From positions 533,140 to 597,139 of the forward strand of contig NMRA01000192.1 in assembly GCA_002633005.1 (NCBI GenBank): 64,000 bases of DNA. The letters are read 5' to 3'. Under the pieces are notes generated by a model. That model ran no database searches, was not told the DNA's origin, and worked only from the letters and a program-made list of their open reading frames with translations. Positions within the stretch are counted from its first letter, which is position 1; every line of letters begins with the position of its first letter. Positions 51,207 through 64,000 of this stretch are shown here, in pieces. The translations under genes and the position numbers were made by a program. The DNA comes from Phoronis australis. Lineage: Eukaryota; Animalia; Phoronida.

Positions 51207-52656
51207 CTCGTACACCTGCTTCCTGTGCATTTCCGGAACTGCTCAATTCGTCTCGCACGGCAGTCTAGTGCTCTATATTCATCCCTAAAACTTTTTTCGG
51301 AGCAGTTATCCCATCATTGTGCTACGGTTCTTCGTCATTTTTTCCAACATACACTCAGGAGATTAGTCCTTGAGTTTTTTCACCCCGGCTTTGATCAGTA
51401 TTACCCATCACCGACCATTTTCAAAGCGACTGCTAACAAAACAGCTGTTGAGTTAGCATTCTCGAATAATTTTGTCAGAAAGCCTTTGTTGGGAATTGCA
51501 GGTTTTGCTGCTTTGTTGTTCTTCTAAAAGCTACTAATTCTAAGACGTCATCACTATCGTTTTTGGGTCGTAAAACCAAGTTGTCCGTTTAAAGCTACAA
51601 CTCGCCGATAAGCTGGCTAAAACAAATTTCTCATTAGGCCTTTGCTCACATAAAATGGGTCTCACAATATTTCTTACGATAATGAGATTCTATTTTTGTT
51701 ACCATCTTGAGCATCGAAACCAGTCAGCGATTCAAGAAAACGCTACGCGTATTAAAATTATTGGATGGCGCATGTACGCATTGCCTAGCTATGCCTTGAG
51801 CTCATAACAAAAATGATTCCTATCACGGTAAGGAAGGTCGAGTTTAAGATTGTAAAGGAATGATCCTTTTTTGTTTATTAGCCGGCTCTTCAAGGTAAAA
51901 TGCAGCGTTAATAACGAGAAATTTTTGTTTGAATTAAAGTGAGGTCACCACGCATCAAACAGGTGCTCAAAGATGATTGCTTTCACACTAACAGTTTCAT
52001 CCTTGGAGAGCATTTCGCAGAAAACATGTATTTCCGTACCTTAAGATTTTAACCAAGGAACATTAAATCAACATAGAGCCTGCTTCGATGAAGTTACGTA
52101 TCATTCTTTTAACAGATATCCCTTTAACATCTACATGTAGATTTGAATCTCTTATGAAAACTCCGGATACCTCGCTTCTAAAATTCGTCCACCATGCTCT
52201 CAAGCGTCACAATTTTCTACCCAGTCTGTAACGCTCCTGTTCTGCTGTACATTATACTTTGGACCTATGATCATACATGTATGTATATTGTTCAATAATA
52301 AAGAAACTTTTTCATAGCAAGTGGCTTCATTTTGGTGAAGTTGCAAAACCAATACCAGTAAATGTACAACAGTGTTTAGCGACGACTAAAATAAGCAGAT
52401 GTTCTAAGTTTAGAGCGTTCTTGCTTTCTTTGAGCCAAATAAACTGTATATATGATTTTTTTGGGAAGAAAATTGGCCCGTGTGATTGCAAGTCTCCATA
52501 GAAGCCACTTGGAAGCGTTTCATTTACGCAAGTCGCAGACGGAGAGGGCTGTTCCATGCTGTCAGTGTTGCATTGACTATTTTCAACTTATTTTCCAAGC
52601 ATTGACCACCATGGGAAAACAACAAAGCTATAGCTGTGTCAGAATAGGTTGATGTG

Positions 52657-53050
52657 ATTTATCATTATCACTATCATCACTATAAGTAGTAAATAATAAC
52701 AATATCAGTAATAATAATAATAATAACATGATACTAATGATAGAAATAATATAATTCTAATAGTAATAACAATGGTAGTTATGATAATATTAATTATTAT
52801 TATCATTATCATTATTACTATTATTCATTATTATTTTTATTATTATTTATTTTTATTTATTAAAATAACAACGATAATAATCTAAAGTATAAAAACTATC
52901 ACTGTCGTTGTTCTTACTATAATTGCTGTTTGTAGTTGTCATTGCTGTTGTTTTATATTCATATCCATAATTAGTATTGTTGTTTGCGTTGTTGATAACT
53001 ACAATTTATTCATTTTTTGTTTTATTTTATTTTATTTTGTTTTGTTTTGA
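52657..53050. repeat. AT-rich (AAT/ATT)n low-complexity region
   Basis: ataataataataataac...attattattatcattatcattattac. Confidence 0.85.
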
Positions 53051-54581
53051 ATGCTGTTTTATAAAGGAAGCAGGACCTTGCAGAAAAACATATGACGAAC
53101 AATAGCGTCATGTAGCAAAGGCATGACTGAGAGTAATAGTCGCTAAGTTTGTTTGATAAATAAATAGGCGTGAGAGACAAGAAATATAAGTGATTGGGGG
53201 TCTATATCTGTGCCGATATGTACAAATTGACCCAGTAGTTGGTCACTTTAATTGTTGTCGAAAACACTTTCCGTTACCATAATTGCGGCCAAACTGCGTA
53301 CATGTAGATGCTGGCGATCTATTGTCGAGATGGTTACTGTGACGTCATGAATAACAAAAATCTATTTTTGATGAGCTGCAGTGTTTATAGAGTGAGAGGC
53401 TAATTAGTTTGTTTAAGATAGTTGAACGGAACCTCCGCTTATAATTGAAAGGTTGACAAGAGGGCAGGCTCTCAGAAACCGAAAGTGTGATTTGCCTTGT
53501 ACACCTTGTACACTGTAGTTCCACGATGTATTGTTTCCACATAGCATTTTCAAAGAGGACAGATTTGTTGTTTTCTCTCAAGACTCATGTGCGGAAAAAT
53601 ACATCAGCATCTCGACATTGGGGACATATTCCAGACAGAACATGATTTGCATTCGTTTGCCTAGAATGTCAGTAGCCAGGGGCATGCATTGACTACGAAG
53701 CCGGGTAGAGCTTATTTTCAGGGGAATAAGAATATCAAGTCGACGTTTGTGTGTCCACTGTAGTGCTGTTGTCAGCGTAAAATCGTGTGAAACGAAAAGT
53801 TTTCGTATTTACTTAACGGATAACAGTTTCGCCCAAAAGTTGCTAACTAAGGTGATTTCCAATCCGTTTTGACGTTCAAACGGGACCAGACGTGTTTTTA
53901 CTTGTCACTGGTGACTTTTGTTCAGAAATGAAACATAAACATGAGATTGTCTTGTTCCAACATTTTTGGAACAGCTTGAAATTCATTGGCATGCATTGAC
54001 GAAATATGGACTAGATTTGATCGTTGTGCTAGTGTGTACGCGTGCGTGCGTGTGCGTGTGTATCCACGTGTTTGTAAGTTTGCATGCATGTGTGCATTTT
54101 AATCTTAATGCGTGAATTACTTTAATCGTTATATTTGTTTATCTGTTGATACGTTTGGGTATGGACAAATCATTTAGCATTTAGTATATTTTCCTTCCAC
54201 TTAATTGCTGATCTTTGTTTTGATTATGTTACCACGAAATTAAGAGTGATTATAATTTATACTGCATAGATTTCCGCCGGATGCTAATACAACATATACG
54301 TGTAGTTTAGCGCAAACTATGTAGCACCTTGTTCGAGCCAAGAAAGCCGTGAATTCTCCGAAACTGACATCTGTTTCAATCAGTCCTGATATAATAATTG
54401 ATGTTCTAGCCAGTTAGTCACCTGTGTCAGACCATACGTTCCAGGTTATTAGTCGAGCCTAGCCTTGGCACGCCATACATTAAAGTTTTGCCATCTTTCG
54501 GCTACATGTTGACCCTACCTGCATCAGACTCCAAATCACATGTGCATTGAGTTTTTCAAGCTATAAAATAGGAACAATATT

Positions 54582-54826
54582 AATGATGATGAGGATGATG
54601 ATGACTGAGCCTATGATGATGAAGATGATGTAGATGAAGAAGAAAAATAAGAAGATGATGATGATTATGATGATGATGATGATTATGATGATGATGGTGA
54701 TGATGATGATGATGATGATTATGATGATGATAATGATGATGATGATGATGGTGATGGTGAGGATGATGATGACGACGACGACGACGATGATGATGATGAT
54801 GGTGATGATGACGGTGGTGTTGATGA
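54582..54826. repeat. (ATG)n microsatellite, ~80 triplets, imperfect
   Basis: atgatgatgaggatgatgatg...gatgacgacgacg... Confidence 0.95.
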
Positions 54827-57800
54827 CCGCTGTTATCGGACGTCGTCATCGTGTAACATCATCACCTATTACAAAATTTCATACACATGCAACTATTGTC
54901 ATAGTTATGGACTCTCAAATCTCTTTCGCCCTTTTTAACTGGCCTAAAACGAACGACCAATTAAGTGCTTTTCAATTATAAAATCGGTGTCACGATCTCC
55001 ATTGCCTTGTTGGGGTTCTATTCCCGTTTCCAACGAAAACATCGAAAATCATCAACGACTCGAAAAAACGCTTTAGAATTTATTGCTGAGGAACATCCTA
55101 AAATACAACACATTTACGCATTGCTTTAGACTTTATCGCTGTATTTGCCGGCTCATTCACCATCAATTCAAGATTGGATGAGAGTGGTAATCTTTAAAAC
55201 CTTAAGCATTTCAATTCAGCATTGACAGCTTAACATCGAGCACGATGCAATTTCAAACAATTAACGCTTCTGTCTAAAAAGGGAGTAGCTTCAGAATCTT
55301 CACTAAACACTCTGACTTGACTGTTTGCTATCCGTAAATGACGCGTGACTACAAAAGCATCCACATGGAACGTTTAGTATGCTATCATACTTTGGTTGAA
55401 CGACTTTATTTGTGACTTTGATGGTTATGATGAATACCAAGAACTACTGTGGAATACATACATGTATAATCGTGCCAGTTTCGCTCAAATATAGTTTAAA
55501 CTCCATGACCTTTCAAAGCTGCTATGAACCTGATTCCTGTCAAAAGTACTCACCATTTTAAATTTGTGTTGTTTGAAATTGCTTTTATTCCAGTTATTAT
55601 TGGGTATAAAAAGACGAACTTGTTATAGAACGTTATCAGAATCAACACGTTGGCATGGCCGGGTGGTGTTATGCCTCAAGCATGTTTAACAAACATGCGG
55701 GTCATTTTTCTCAAGCTCCGGAAAAATATTTCCCTCAAGGAAGAAAGAAGCTGAAACTAGTTTTGGAAGGGTACGTGATATAAATCAAAAGTTAAACCGA
55801 TACTAAACAATGTTTTACTATCTTCCGACATTTTCACTGACTCAAACGTTGAAAAAGAATAATGTTCTGTAGACCTTTGCCTTAATCCTCAGTTTGATTC
55901 AAGTTCAGCATCTTCTTCAAACTGTGCTGCTAAATATTCAAGATAGTTTATGGCAACGGCAAAAGGCTGCGCCTCTCGAAATCGCTGAATCCATGCAGTG
56001 AGGATGAGGTTTTAGCTGGACAATGACTTCATCTTTACAGCGAAATAAGAATGATACAACATCATGTAATGAAATAAATTTTGAGCGAAATCACCAAAAC
56101 AGGGTTATCCTTTTAAATGTCATTTTGGTAGACACCAATGGTGCGCGTTCCGTAGCGCGAGTTTCTTGCGAATTTGGCGAGATCAATCAAGATCGCGCAA
56201 GTGCAAGACGAGTGGTTCATAAGCTCAAGACTACATGTACACGGAATACTTGACTTCCGAAATAGAAGCGCCATATCTAAGCATTCCCAGGTTCATACGA
56301 TCTTGAATTGTTGTCGAATGACTCGACGTACATGTATGTATCAAGTCACAGGCAGTGCGTGTATGCGCCATTTTCTAACTCGCAATTTTAGGGTCGGCCA
56401 AGGAAGCCTGTAATATTAGATTTTTAAAATCATGCCAATCTTCCACTAGCTGGGTCACGTGACTACGTCATTTTATTACAAAATTAGGAAAAATAAAGGC
56501 ATATACACACCACAACAACGGCATGAACAGGGTGGGAAATTTCACAGAATAAAATTTTCAAGACGAAATCTCAAAAACTGAGATACACCTTTCTAAATTG
56601 TATCATTTCCATTTTGTTTCCTGCAGCTTTTGATCCTTTTATAAAAAGCACGAAAGTTCTAATTTTTGTAGTCTCTCATGCATAAGTAATTATTTTAGAA
56701 AACAATTCCGGCTAGTAGCGTCTTCGAGAACTGTACACAAAGCGCCGTTTCTAAGATGCGATATCCCGCAGTATATAGTCAAATCTATACCTTTTAGTAG
56801 GTTACTGCATGACCTTAAAACTTACGGTATTAAAATACACGTGTTGATGAAGGCCACTCGGCTTTTCATGTATGACCGATAGAACAGCAAAACATTTCTG
56901 CCGCAAAGTGTTTACTTGTAGGTACATTGTTAAACCATTACACCTTAGTGTTAGTTTACCTTCTCCATCTCTAGGGACAGGAAATTAGTGGGTCAAAATT
57001 GATAATGCGTCTGCTTGAAAATAAAATCGATAAGTGTATCGTTTGCTTATTGGACAAATTGCTTGTGTGGGAAAATTAGATCTATTTCCTCTCAGATCAC
57101 TGTCTGATATATTTTTGCCGTTGTTATTGTCTGCAAGTTAATTCAAATGCGATGTTCAACAATTTGAAGTTGCAAAATGCGACAAACCGTGACCATGCCA
57201 CCCTTATACGAGGATATAGTTGAGTTTTGTTACCGCGATACTACTTAACTGTTTGCTGTTTGCAATTCAGTTCAGGGCACTTGAGGAGCACGTAATGTCC
57301 CGAGTGGTTAGTACGTAAGTTCGGGTTCCGTCCGTCAACAGCCTGCGTAATGCATCCTCACCTTACAGAATGTGATGCTACGAATGCAGTTATGGAGAAA
57401 AGTTATTCAGGTTGTGTAGGAACGTTTTGAAAAGTATGCACATTTAGCCTAACATATAATAACTAAAGCACGTGAAATGTGAAAGTAAAAAGGCTGCGCA
57501 ATTTCACTGGTCACATTTTGGGGTCACGTGAACATGACTTTAAGAGTAAAATTTAGTGAAAACGTTCATTGCTAGCAAGAGCAAAGGATCAGCAAGATAA
57601 TGAAATTTTAAGCACATTTTATTTGCTTTAAATATTGCAGTTGAGATCTCAAAAACCTGTTTAAACCTCAAATAATATTTCGTTTTGATTCGTTTTTCAT
57701 AAACAGCCTAAAAGTCCAATTTTTGATATCCCATCATGCAAAAAAATGGAGCAGTTTAAAAACAGTTCCTAACAGCGTATTTTAGAATAGGGTATGAAAC

Positions 57801-60800
57801 ATGGTTTCCATAAGCTTCATATGAACAAAGTAAGCCGTTTTTGATACTGACTCAATTCTCTCAAGTGTGACGTAATCATGAGAAATCACGTGACAAATTT
57901 ACAACAATGTGATTTAGTAATTCTTACTTGGTGACTGCACCCTTATTAAACGTCCAATCGCGAACTTTTGTTACACTTACCGGTATGGACAAATAACTGA
58001 CCATTATTTTTGAGACACGCCACTATAAGACAACTTTGGAGCCTGGTCTCAAGCAAATATATGCATGAGCATAGACAGATCCTTTGAAGCCCTCAATCAC
58101 CTCTAATTAGACCAAGAAACGATTTGAGGCCAATTACATGACAGCAAATTCTCTATATTCAAAAACTGATTTTGATGATGGAAGGCGGGTTTATACCGAC
58201 TTCCATCAGATATACTAAATGTAATTGATGAGTATAATGTAATCCGAAATTTATTAACAAATTACAAAAATGACATCTTTAGCATCTAATTGACATCTAG
58301 TGAACGAGCACGTGATTGTTTAACTCCCTCTTCCAATTCAGTCCGAGAATGACAATGCCTTGCCACATTTCTACAGATAAATCCAGTTTAAAAACGTCTA
58401 TTGGAACTGAGGCACCCAATCGCTGCCAGCAAACGAAAAGAAATGGTGTCCTTAAAATATGTGCTTACCAGTAGCGCTTCTGATTATGTCACTGTTAGGT
58501 CTTGGGTACAGGATGTTGGTGAATAACTAGAAGGTAAATGCAGAAACATCAAATGTAATACGTAAACAAAATCTCATCGCGGAGACATCGAAATGTTTTC
58601 ACCGTGACTGTTAGCAATTAACCTTCCAGGACGAATATTGATGGGACTGTGAACTTGGAAGGAATTTTGTTGTTGGATTCGCAAATTCTACTAGACTGAT
58701 CCATCTGAATAGAACAAATAACACAGTGTATCACGAATCCATTAACCTTGGTACTTAGTACACTTGAGAACTGATTTACATGTTACAGATTGTGCAATCG
58801 TCTGCCGCGTAACTGGATACATGCAGGGTTATTGTTCAGGATTTTGGCGCCCTGCGCTTCAGCAACTGAAAAATTCAATTCCTGGCATTTTATCTCGAAG
58901 CCTAACGAAACCTGCACATTTCAAATAACAAAACAGTTTCACAACACCTCACTAACCAAACCAAAGTTAACTCGGCATTAAGTCCATGCTTTCTGTCAAA
59001 CAGTTATGAATTAGGCTATTTCCCATCATAAAGTTCTTTTTATTCTTTACCTTTCTGACGTAAGAGGCGATCCCTGAGCTCGAAAACAAGTGCCAATGAG
59101 ACATTGCTTCAGAGCAAGCGATAACCAAACCAAAGTTAAAGGATTAAGACTGTGCTTTTTATAAAAATTGGTCTCGTCGTGTTCTGTACTCAGTTCTGAT
59201 TGTCACCTCTAAGCTCGAGAAGAACAGACAGTCCGCTTTTCCTTCGGAGCATGCGCATAAGTTTTAGGTCACGCTGTTACCTGAAATGTTGAGTTTGAAT
59301 GGACAAAATTATGAACTGTCAGTTCTTTACAACCCCATCACTTCCTAAACTGCTTAGAGAACACTTGGAGCCCAATTTCATATCTGTAAGTAGCCTAATT
59401 CAAAACTTGATTTTTGACAGAAAGCAGTTATAGTGCCTCTTTAAGTAGAGAAATTTCCTGTTGAGACAGACTGCATATTTATGTGGAAGTGACGTCATTG
59501 GCAAACAAGTACAGTATGTCTGACTAGGGAAACGCGCATGGTCAATCTGGCTTAATTTTCAATCAAAAAGGAGGCCGACATTTCAGAGATGAAAAATCGT
59601 TTGACTTGAGTTGTGATTCATTCGTTTCTCTGCTCAGCAACGATGCAGACGGAAGTTAGCACACTGATCATGTTCTTGCCATTCCCGGATTATTTTACTA
59701 TTACGCAGCAAAGCCTTGAGAAAAATTTACAATTTTATTTCTGACAGTGATTGAAAAGAACGGTTTTAACCTTTGTGTAAAAATAACGTTTCGTGTTTCC
59801 TTTGATCGCAAGCTTAGAATACATGTATGTAATTAATTTTAACGATGGCCAGACTTTTTGCTTTTTATGTGTTATGACTGCACATTTTAAAGATGTCATT
59901 GTAAACATCTATTCATGTGTACTATTATTTTATTGTAATCGTTGCCAACACGTGTGGTGTGAAAGTAATCTTGACTGATTACCTGTTAAAGCTACAGTTC
60001 AGTTGAGCCACTTTATCGACGGGCTTGAGTGGTTCACAACACAGCATATCAGCTGGGCTGCATTTCATAGACCCAAGAAACACGCGAAAATGCAAGATCA
60101 CGCAGTTCACAAAACATAGTCATGAATCACCAGCGAACCACGTGATCACACCAGCTTTACACGATAAACGTTGCATCTACGGGTCACAACCCTGGGTAGA
60201 TTTAAATACCTGTCTCGCGGCGAAAAAAATCTAGCCAGATGGTCGTGAGGTCCTAGCGAGGTCCTAGTGTTAATGAACTCCACCCCGTTTCGTGCAAAGT
60301 TTGCAACTTGACCTGTCCTAACGTACATGCAGGGAACCAGGACGTAACCAAGTATGTAAATGATTGCAGTGTTGAGAAGCAAATCGGTCGCGATCGTATA
60401 GTACTAATTTGCGTTAATCACACAACGAACTCCCAGTGAGACTTTTTTAGTGTTTGGGGGTTCTCTTATCTCTCACTTCATTAACAACACATGTACTCGG
60501 TGACATCTGGTTGTCCATAGTCTTATGACGCCTGTTAAAAATACATGTAGCCGGACCGCTTGGAAACTCTGCTTGAGAGTAAGCACATTCTTATTATTAC
60601 CTCATCAAACCAAGAATTTTGATGTTAAAGAAGCCGCAGTGTACATGAATTTACTACTCTATTTCGTTTCTTCAACGTCGTTGTAGTTATGTGAGCAAGA
60701 CAAATCGCGCTTCCGAGAGAATATCGAAAATTCAAGAAAGAACATTAGATTGCATTTATAAAAATGTGGATGTATTTTGTTCGTTTAAAATGAACTGCAA

Positions 60801-61709
60801 CCAAGATTTGATGCTGATGATGATTCATATAACATGGGAAGTGCATGTACTGTGCATGAACATATTTTGCTTGCTGGGCAGTTTTAGCTGATTAATAACA
60901 GTCGAATGTTTATTGGCCACTTAGTCACAAAGAACACGAACAGACATTTCTGCAAAGATCCAAATCACCCCTTTCACGAGGGCTGGGGCAGTGTCATCCG
61001 CAAGAACCAAAAACGCTTGTTCACTGACACTTGTTAGGCGACTATTAATATTAAAATACCGTATATGCATAATTTGTCATATTGCATTCATACATTAAAA
61101 CCTGCCTTCAAAATCAGAAAAATAAAAGTAAGAACAACAAAAATCCAGTGCGATGCACCAATCTTTACTGATCTAACAGTTTTGCTCCCAACATAAACAT
61201 CGAATCGGCTTTGTTGGGTATCACACAAAAGTACAGTTCATGTACATGTAAGTTTTAGCAGTAATCAACTTCGAGAGTGAGCACACACCCACTAATTGAC
61301 CTTTTGAGAGAGCCTCTATTTTTGTTGTTTTTAGTTCTAAAACCGTACATGATTGGAACGTCAGTTGTATGTAATATTGTGACAGTTATCGTGCAAGAGT
61401 GCCTTGTTGCGTGTAAGCGTATGCCAAGACAAAAACGTCATAGTAACACAGTGAGTTCCTGTGGTGTCATAAAACTGAGAAGCACCGTGCTTTAAATGAG
61501 TGGATAATATTACATTAATCTGTTTTCCTGCGTAATTGAGTGTTGAAATATTCATCAAGAAACGCCCAACTAATCTCGCTGATGCGAATGCCTAAAACGA
61601 ACAGCTAGTTCTTTGCAATGCCAAAAATGACTTGTCATTTGAGTAACGAACGAATTCGGACCAGTTTTATTGCTGTTAGTGGTCTGATTTAAAATTTATT
61701 TTCTTCCTT

Positions 61710-61992
61710 CCGTAAAGTAATTATTTGCGGCGTAAAGTTACTTTTTACGGCATAAAGTAATTATTTGCGGTGTAAAGTAACTTCTAACGCCACAATTAAT
61801 TATTTTACGCCAGAAAAAGTTACTTTACGCCCCTAATAATTACTTTACGCCTGAAATAATTACTTGACGCCTTAAATGATTACTTTACGCCGTGAATAGC
61901 TACTTGACGCCGTAAACAATTACTTTACACCGCAAATAATTACTTTACGTCGCAAATAATCACTTTACGCCATAAATAGTTACGTTTTCGCC
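61710..61992. repeat. 20-bp minisatellite with an internal polarity switch
   Basis: About 3.5 units of cgtaaagtaattatttgcgg followed by about 10 units of the reverse complement ccgcaaataattactttacg. Confidence 0.9.
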
Positions 61993-62669
61993 TCTAACAA
62001 GAATTAACTTGCGCACGTAATTTAGCGGCGTAGCGTTCACCCATTTGGCCAACGATAGGGCTTATCGGCGCTTTACTTTTACCTGGTTTTGTTGAGGTGG
62101 GACAGGATTCGTCAACCCAGTTTTGACATACATGAATTAATAGTTACATGTAATTGCATAGGTTTTGCTACCGCTTCTATCCTATGCAATCAGTTTGCCC
62201 AGCTTGTCTTTGACTGATACTCAATTCGGGATTTTCATGCTCCGCTTCTTGACCATTCAGTGGAGCCGTGCAGCTAGCCCGTGTTCACCAAGGCGGCTAC
62301 TCTACGACGGCTGCCACATCTCTGACGCCTTAAATCCAAGCCGATTGGAACACACCATTTGCCGCGAAGCTTTAAAAATCGTTTTTGACATTTTTCATTG
62401 CCTTAAAGGTAAACAGTAAAATACTACTTATTTGAAAAGAAATTACATATCGTTCGTAAAAATAAGGAAATACCGCTGCGCCCAGTTTTCACACAATACA
62501 AAACGTGTGTTAATAAAGTACGTCTGGCACTGAATGAGCCGGCAATGCTATATTCGGGATTTGAGTCGTTATTTAAAAGAATTAAATAACATGAATTTCA
62601 ATCACTTGTTAGCTTTTTACACGGTATCCTAAATCAAGATTAATCTCACAAATTAGTCCATTAAATCAG

Positions 62670-62875
62670 CGCTTAGGTTTGATCCCAGTGGCCGAGTGAC
62701 GTAGTTGTTTCATTGGACGAGCGTGTTCGGAGTTGGAACTTAATCATTTGAACTAACGGAGATGAGTTCATTCATACAGACAGCTTGCAGACGTGATTGT
62801 AGTTCATCATCGCTGGCACATAAGTGGTGATGGTCGAGAAATGTAAGCGAGAAAAGATTGACGTGCCTCGCTGCA
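62670..62875 (+). promoter_or_regulatory. Putative promoter/5'UTR of K2P exon-1 copy B
   Basis: Paralogous to 37205-37410 with the same cccagtggccgagtgacgtag, cattgg and gagatgagttcattcatacagacagcttgcagacgtg motifs. Confidence 0.55.
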
Positions 62876-63063
62876 ACTATTGTACATTATTAACCTGCTG
62901 CTGCCTTACGTTTAATTGATCTCGCTTAGGTACCAAGATTAATGATTTGTGGTCATTTTGTTCGGACTCTGTGTTCACGATTACCTGTAAAACCGCCGAT
63001 GACTGAATTAAAGTGAACTCAACTTTTATTACGAGAAACATTTATACTCGGCACGCCGTTAAC

Positions 63064-63670
63064 ATGTTTGCCACGTCGGAACTTCCCTCTTACGATGACT
63101 GTAAAACAACTGGTGTGGTGATGGAACCGCGCGAGACGGAAATCCTAGACTGTCTATACGAGCCAGAGATACTGGAAAAAGCGGATCTCCATGAAAAGAC
63201 TGTGGAAACGACGGAAATGCAAATGGAAACACCATACCCGTACAGTTATAACGAACGGAGATGTGATGCCGGCAGGTGCGTCTCCTGTTGTAAGAAATTT
63301 GTCAGATTCTTATTTTCAACAGTTGGCGTGTGCTGTGTTCTTGTCGCCTACTGTATAGCGGGTGGGTTCCTCTTTGTTTGTTTGGAAGCCGAGAACGAGA
63401 AATCGAACAAAGTGCGTTCACACGTTATATCCGACGAATTTCGGCGGAATCATACGAAACTCTTATGGGAAGTTACGGAGAGGTTGAATGTCTTACATCC
63501 GCAAAACTGGTCCGATGAAGCGGACGAAATACTAAAAAACTTTCAAAAGGGTTTGTACGTACATGTCACGAGAGATGGTTGGGATGGCAAAATGCCTGGA
63601 GAAGAACCCGATTTGATGTGGACGTTTGCTGGCTCATTGCTGTACGCAGTCACGGTGATAACAACGATCG
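63064..63670 (+). CDS. K2P potassium channel exon 1, copy B; downstream exon(s) presumably beyond the window
   Basis: Same 607-nt length as copy A, 27 aa differences in 202, P1 WTFAGSLLYAVTVITTIG, donor ATC G|gtaagg. Confidence 0.92.
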
Positions 63671-64000
63671 GTAAGGCTTTTTACTATACGGTGTTCACAT
63701 GGTGTGCGTGTATGGACAAAGTGCTGGTACATTTTCTGAGCATCGACTCGACCTAAAATATTCCATCCCCACCATTAAAGGCATTATCTGTTCAGCTTTT
63801 ATTAAGAAGATTTGAGGCCCGCTCTTCCTCACTCCACTCCCAACTTCAGGTCAAAAACTCCGCTGACATACATGTAGTGATCTTCAAAAACCTGGTTTTG
63901 ACTCCCCTCTTCATGTGATCTTCCACAAATGCGACTCTGGTTGGGGCTTTTCATGAAATTCATTCCCGTAACAACAGTAGTGTTACATATTAACCTCAGG

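Noticed and set aside
54580-54981. Poly-His and poly-Met ORFs
   Set aside because: Translations of an (ATG)n microsatellite.
63013-63063. 17-aa N-terminal extension of copy B in the ORF track
   Set aside because: It starts at GTG; the ATG at 63064 aligns with copy A's start.
37591-63670. Copies A and B as an uncollapsed haplotype or assembly duplicate
   Set aside because: 27 aa differences and heavily diverged, indel-rich intron flanks beside conserved exon and promoter blocks fit an old duplication better than allelic variation. Read depth was not available to confirm.

Overview
Eukaryotic, AT-rich, repeat-rich invertebrate genomic DNA; the species cannot be determined from sequence alone. 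It has two N-gaps (4959-5504, 35377-35768) and three single-N joins. The only host genes I can support form a cluster of two-pore-domain K+ channel (K2P/KCNK, TWIK/TRESK-like) sequences. On the minus strand are one gene whose exon 1 runs off the left edge and one complete two-exon gene (about 540 aa). On the plus strand are two diverged copies of a promoter + exon-1 cassette (37591-38197 and 63064-63670, about 87% aa identity) with no recognisable exon 2 in the 25 kb between them. All three complete first exons end at the same phase-1 site inside the selectivity filter (TTIG|YG). The main hypothesis is a variable-first-exon K2P locus (UGT1A/protocadherin-like), in which alternative M1-cap-P1 modules splice to a shared downstream exon; this needs transcript data. 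The rest is decayed transposons: two LINE fragments (one flanked by a 100-bp direct repeat), a Penelope-like RT, a Sola3-like element, three THAP/Kolobok-like derivatives, a mariner with a nested insert, MITEs, palindromes, and mini/microsatellites. Alignments and counts were made by eye.
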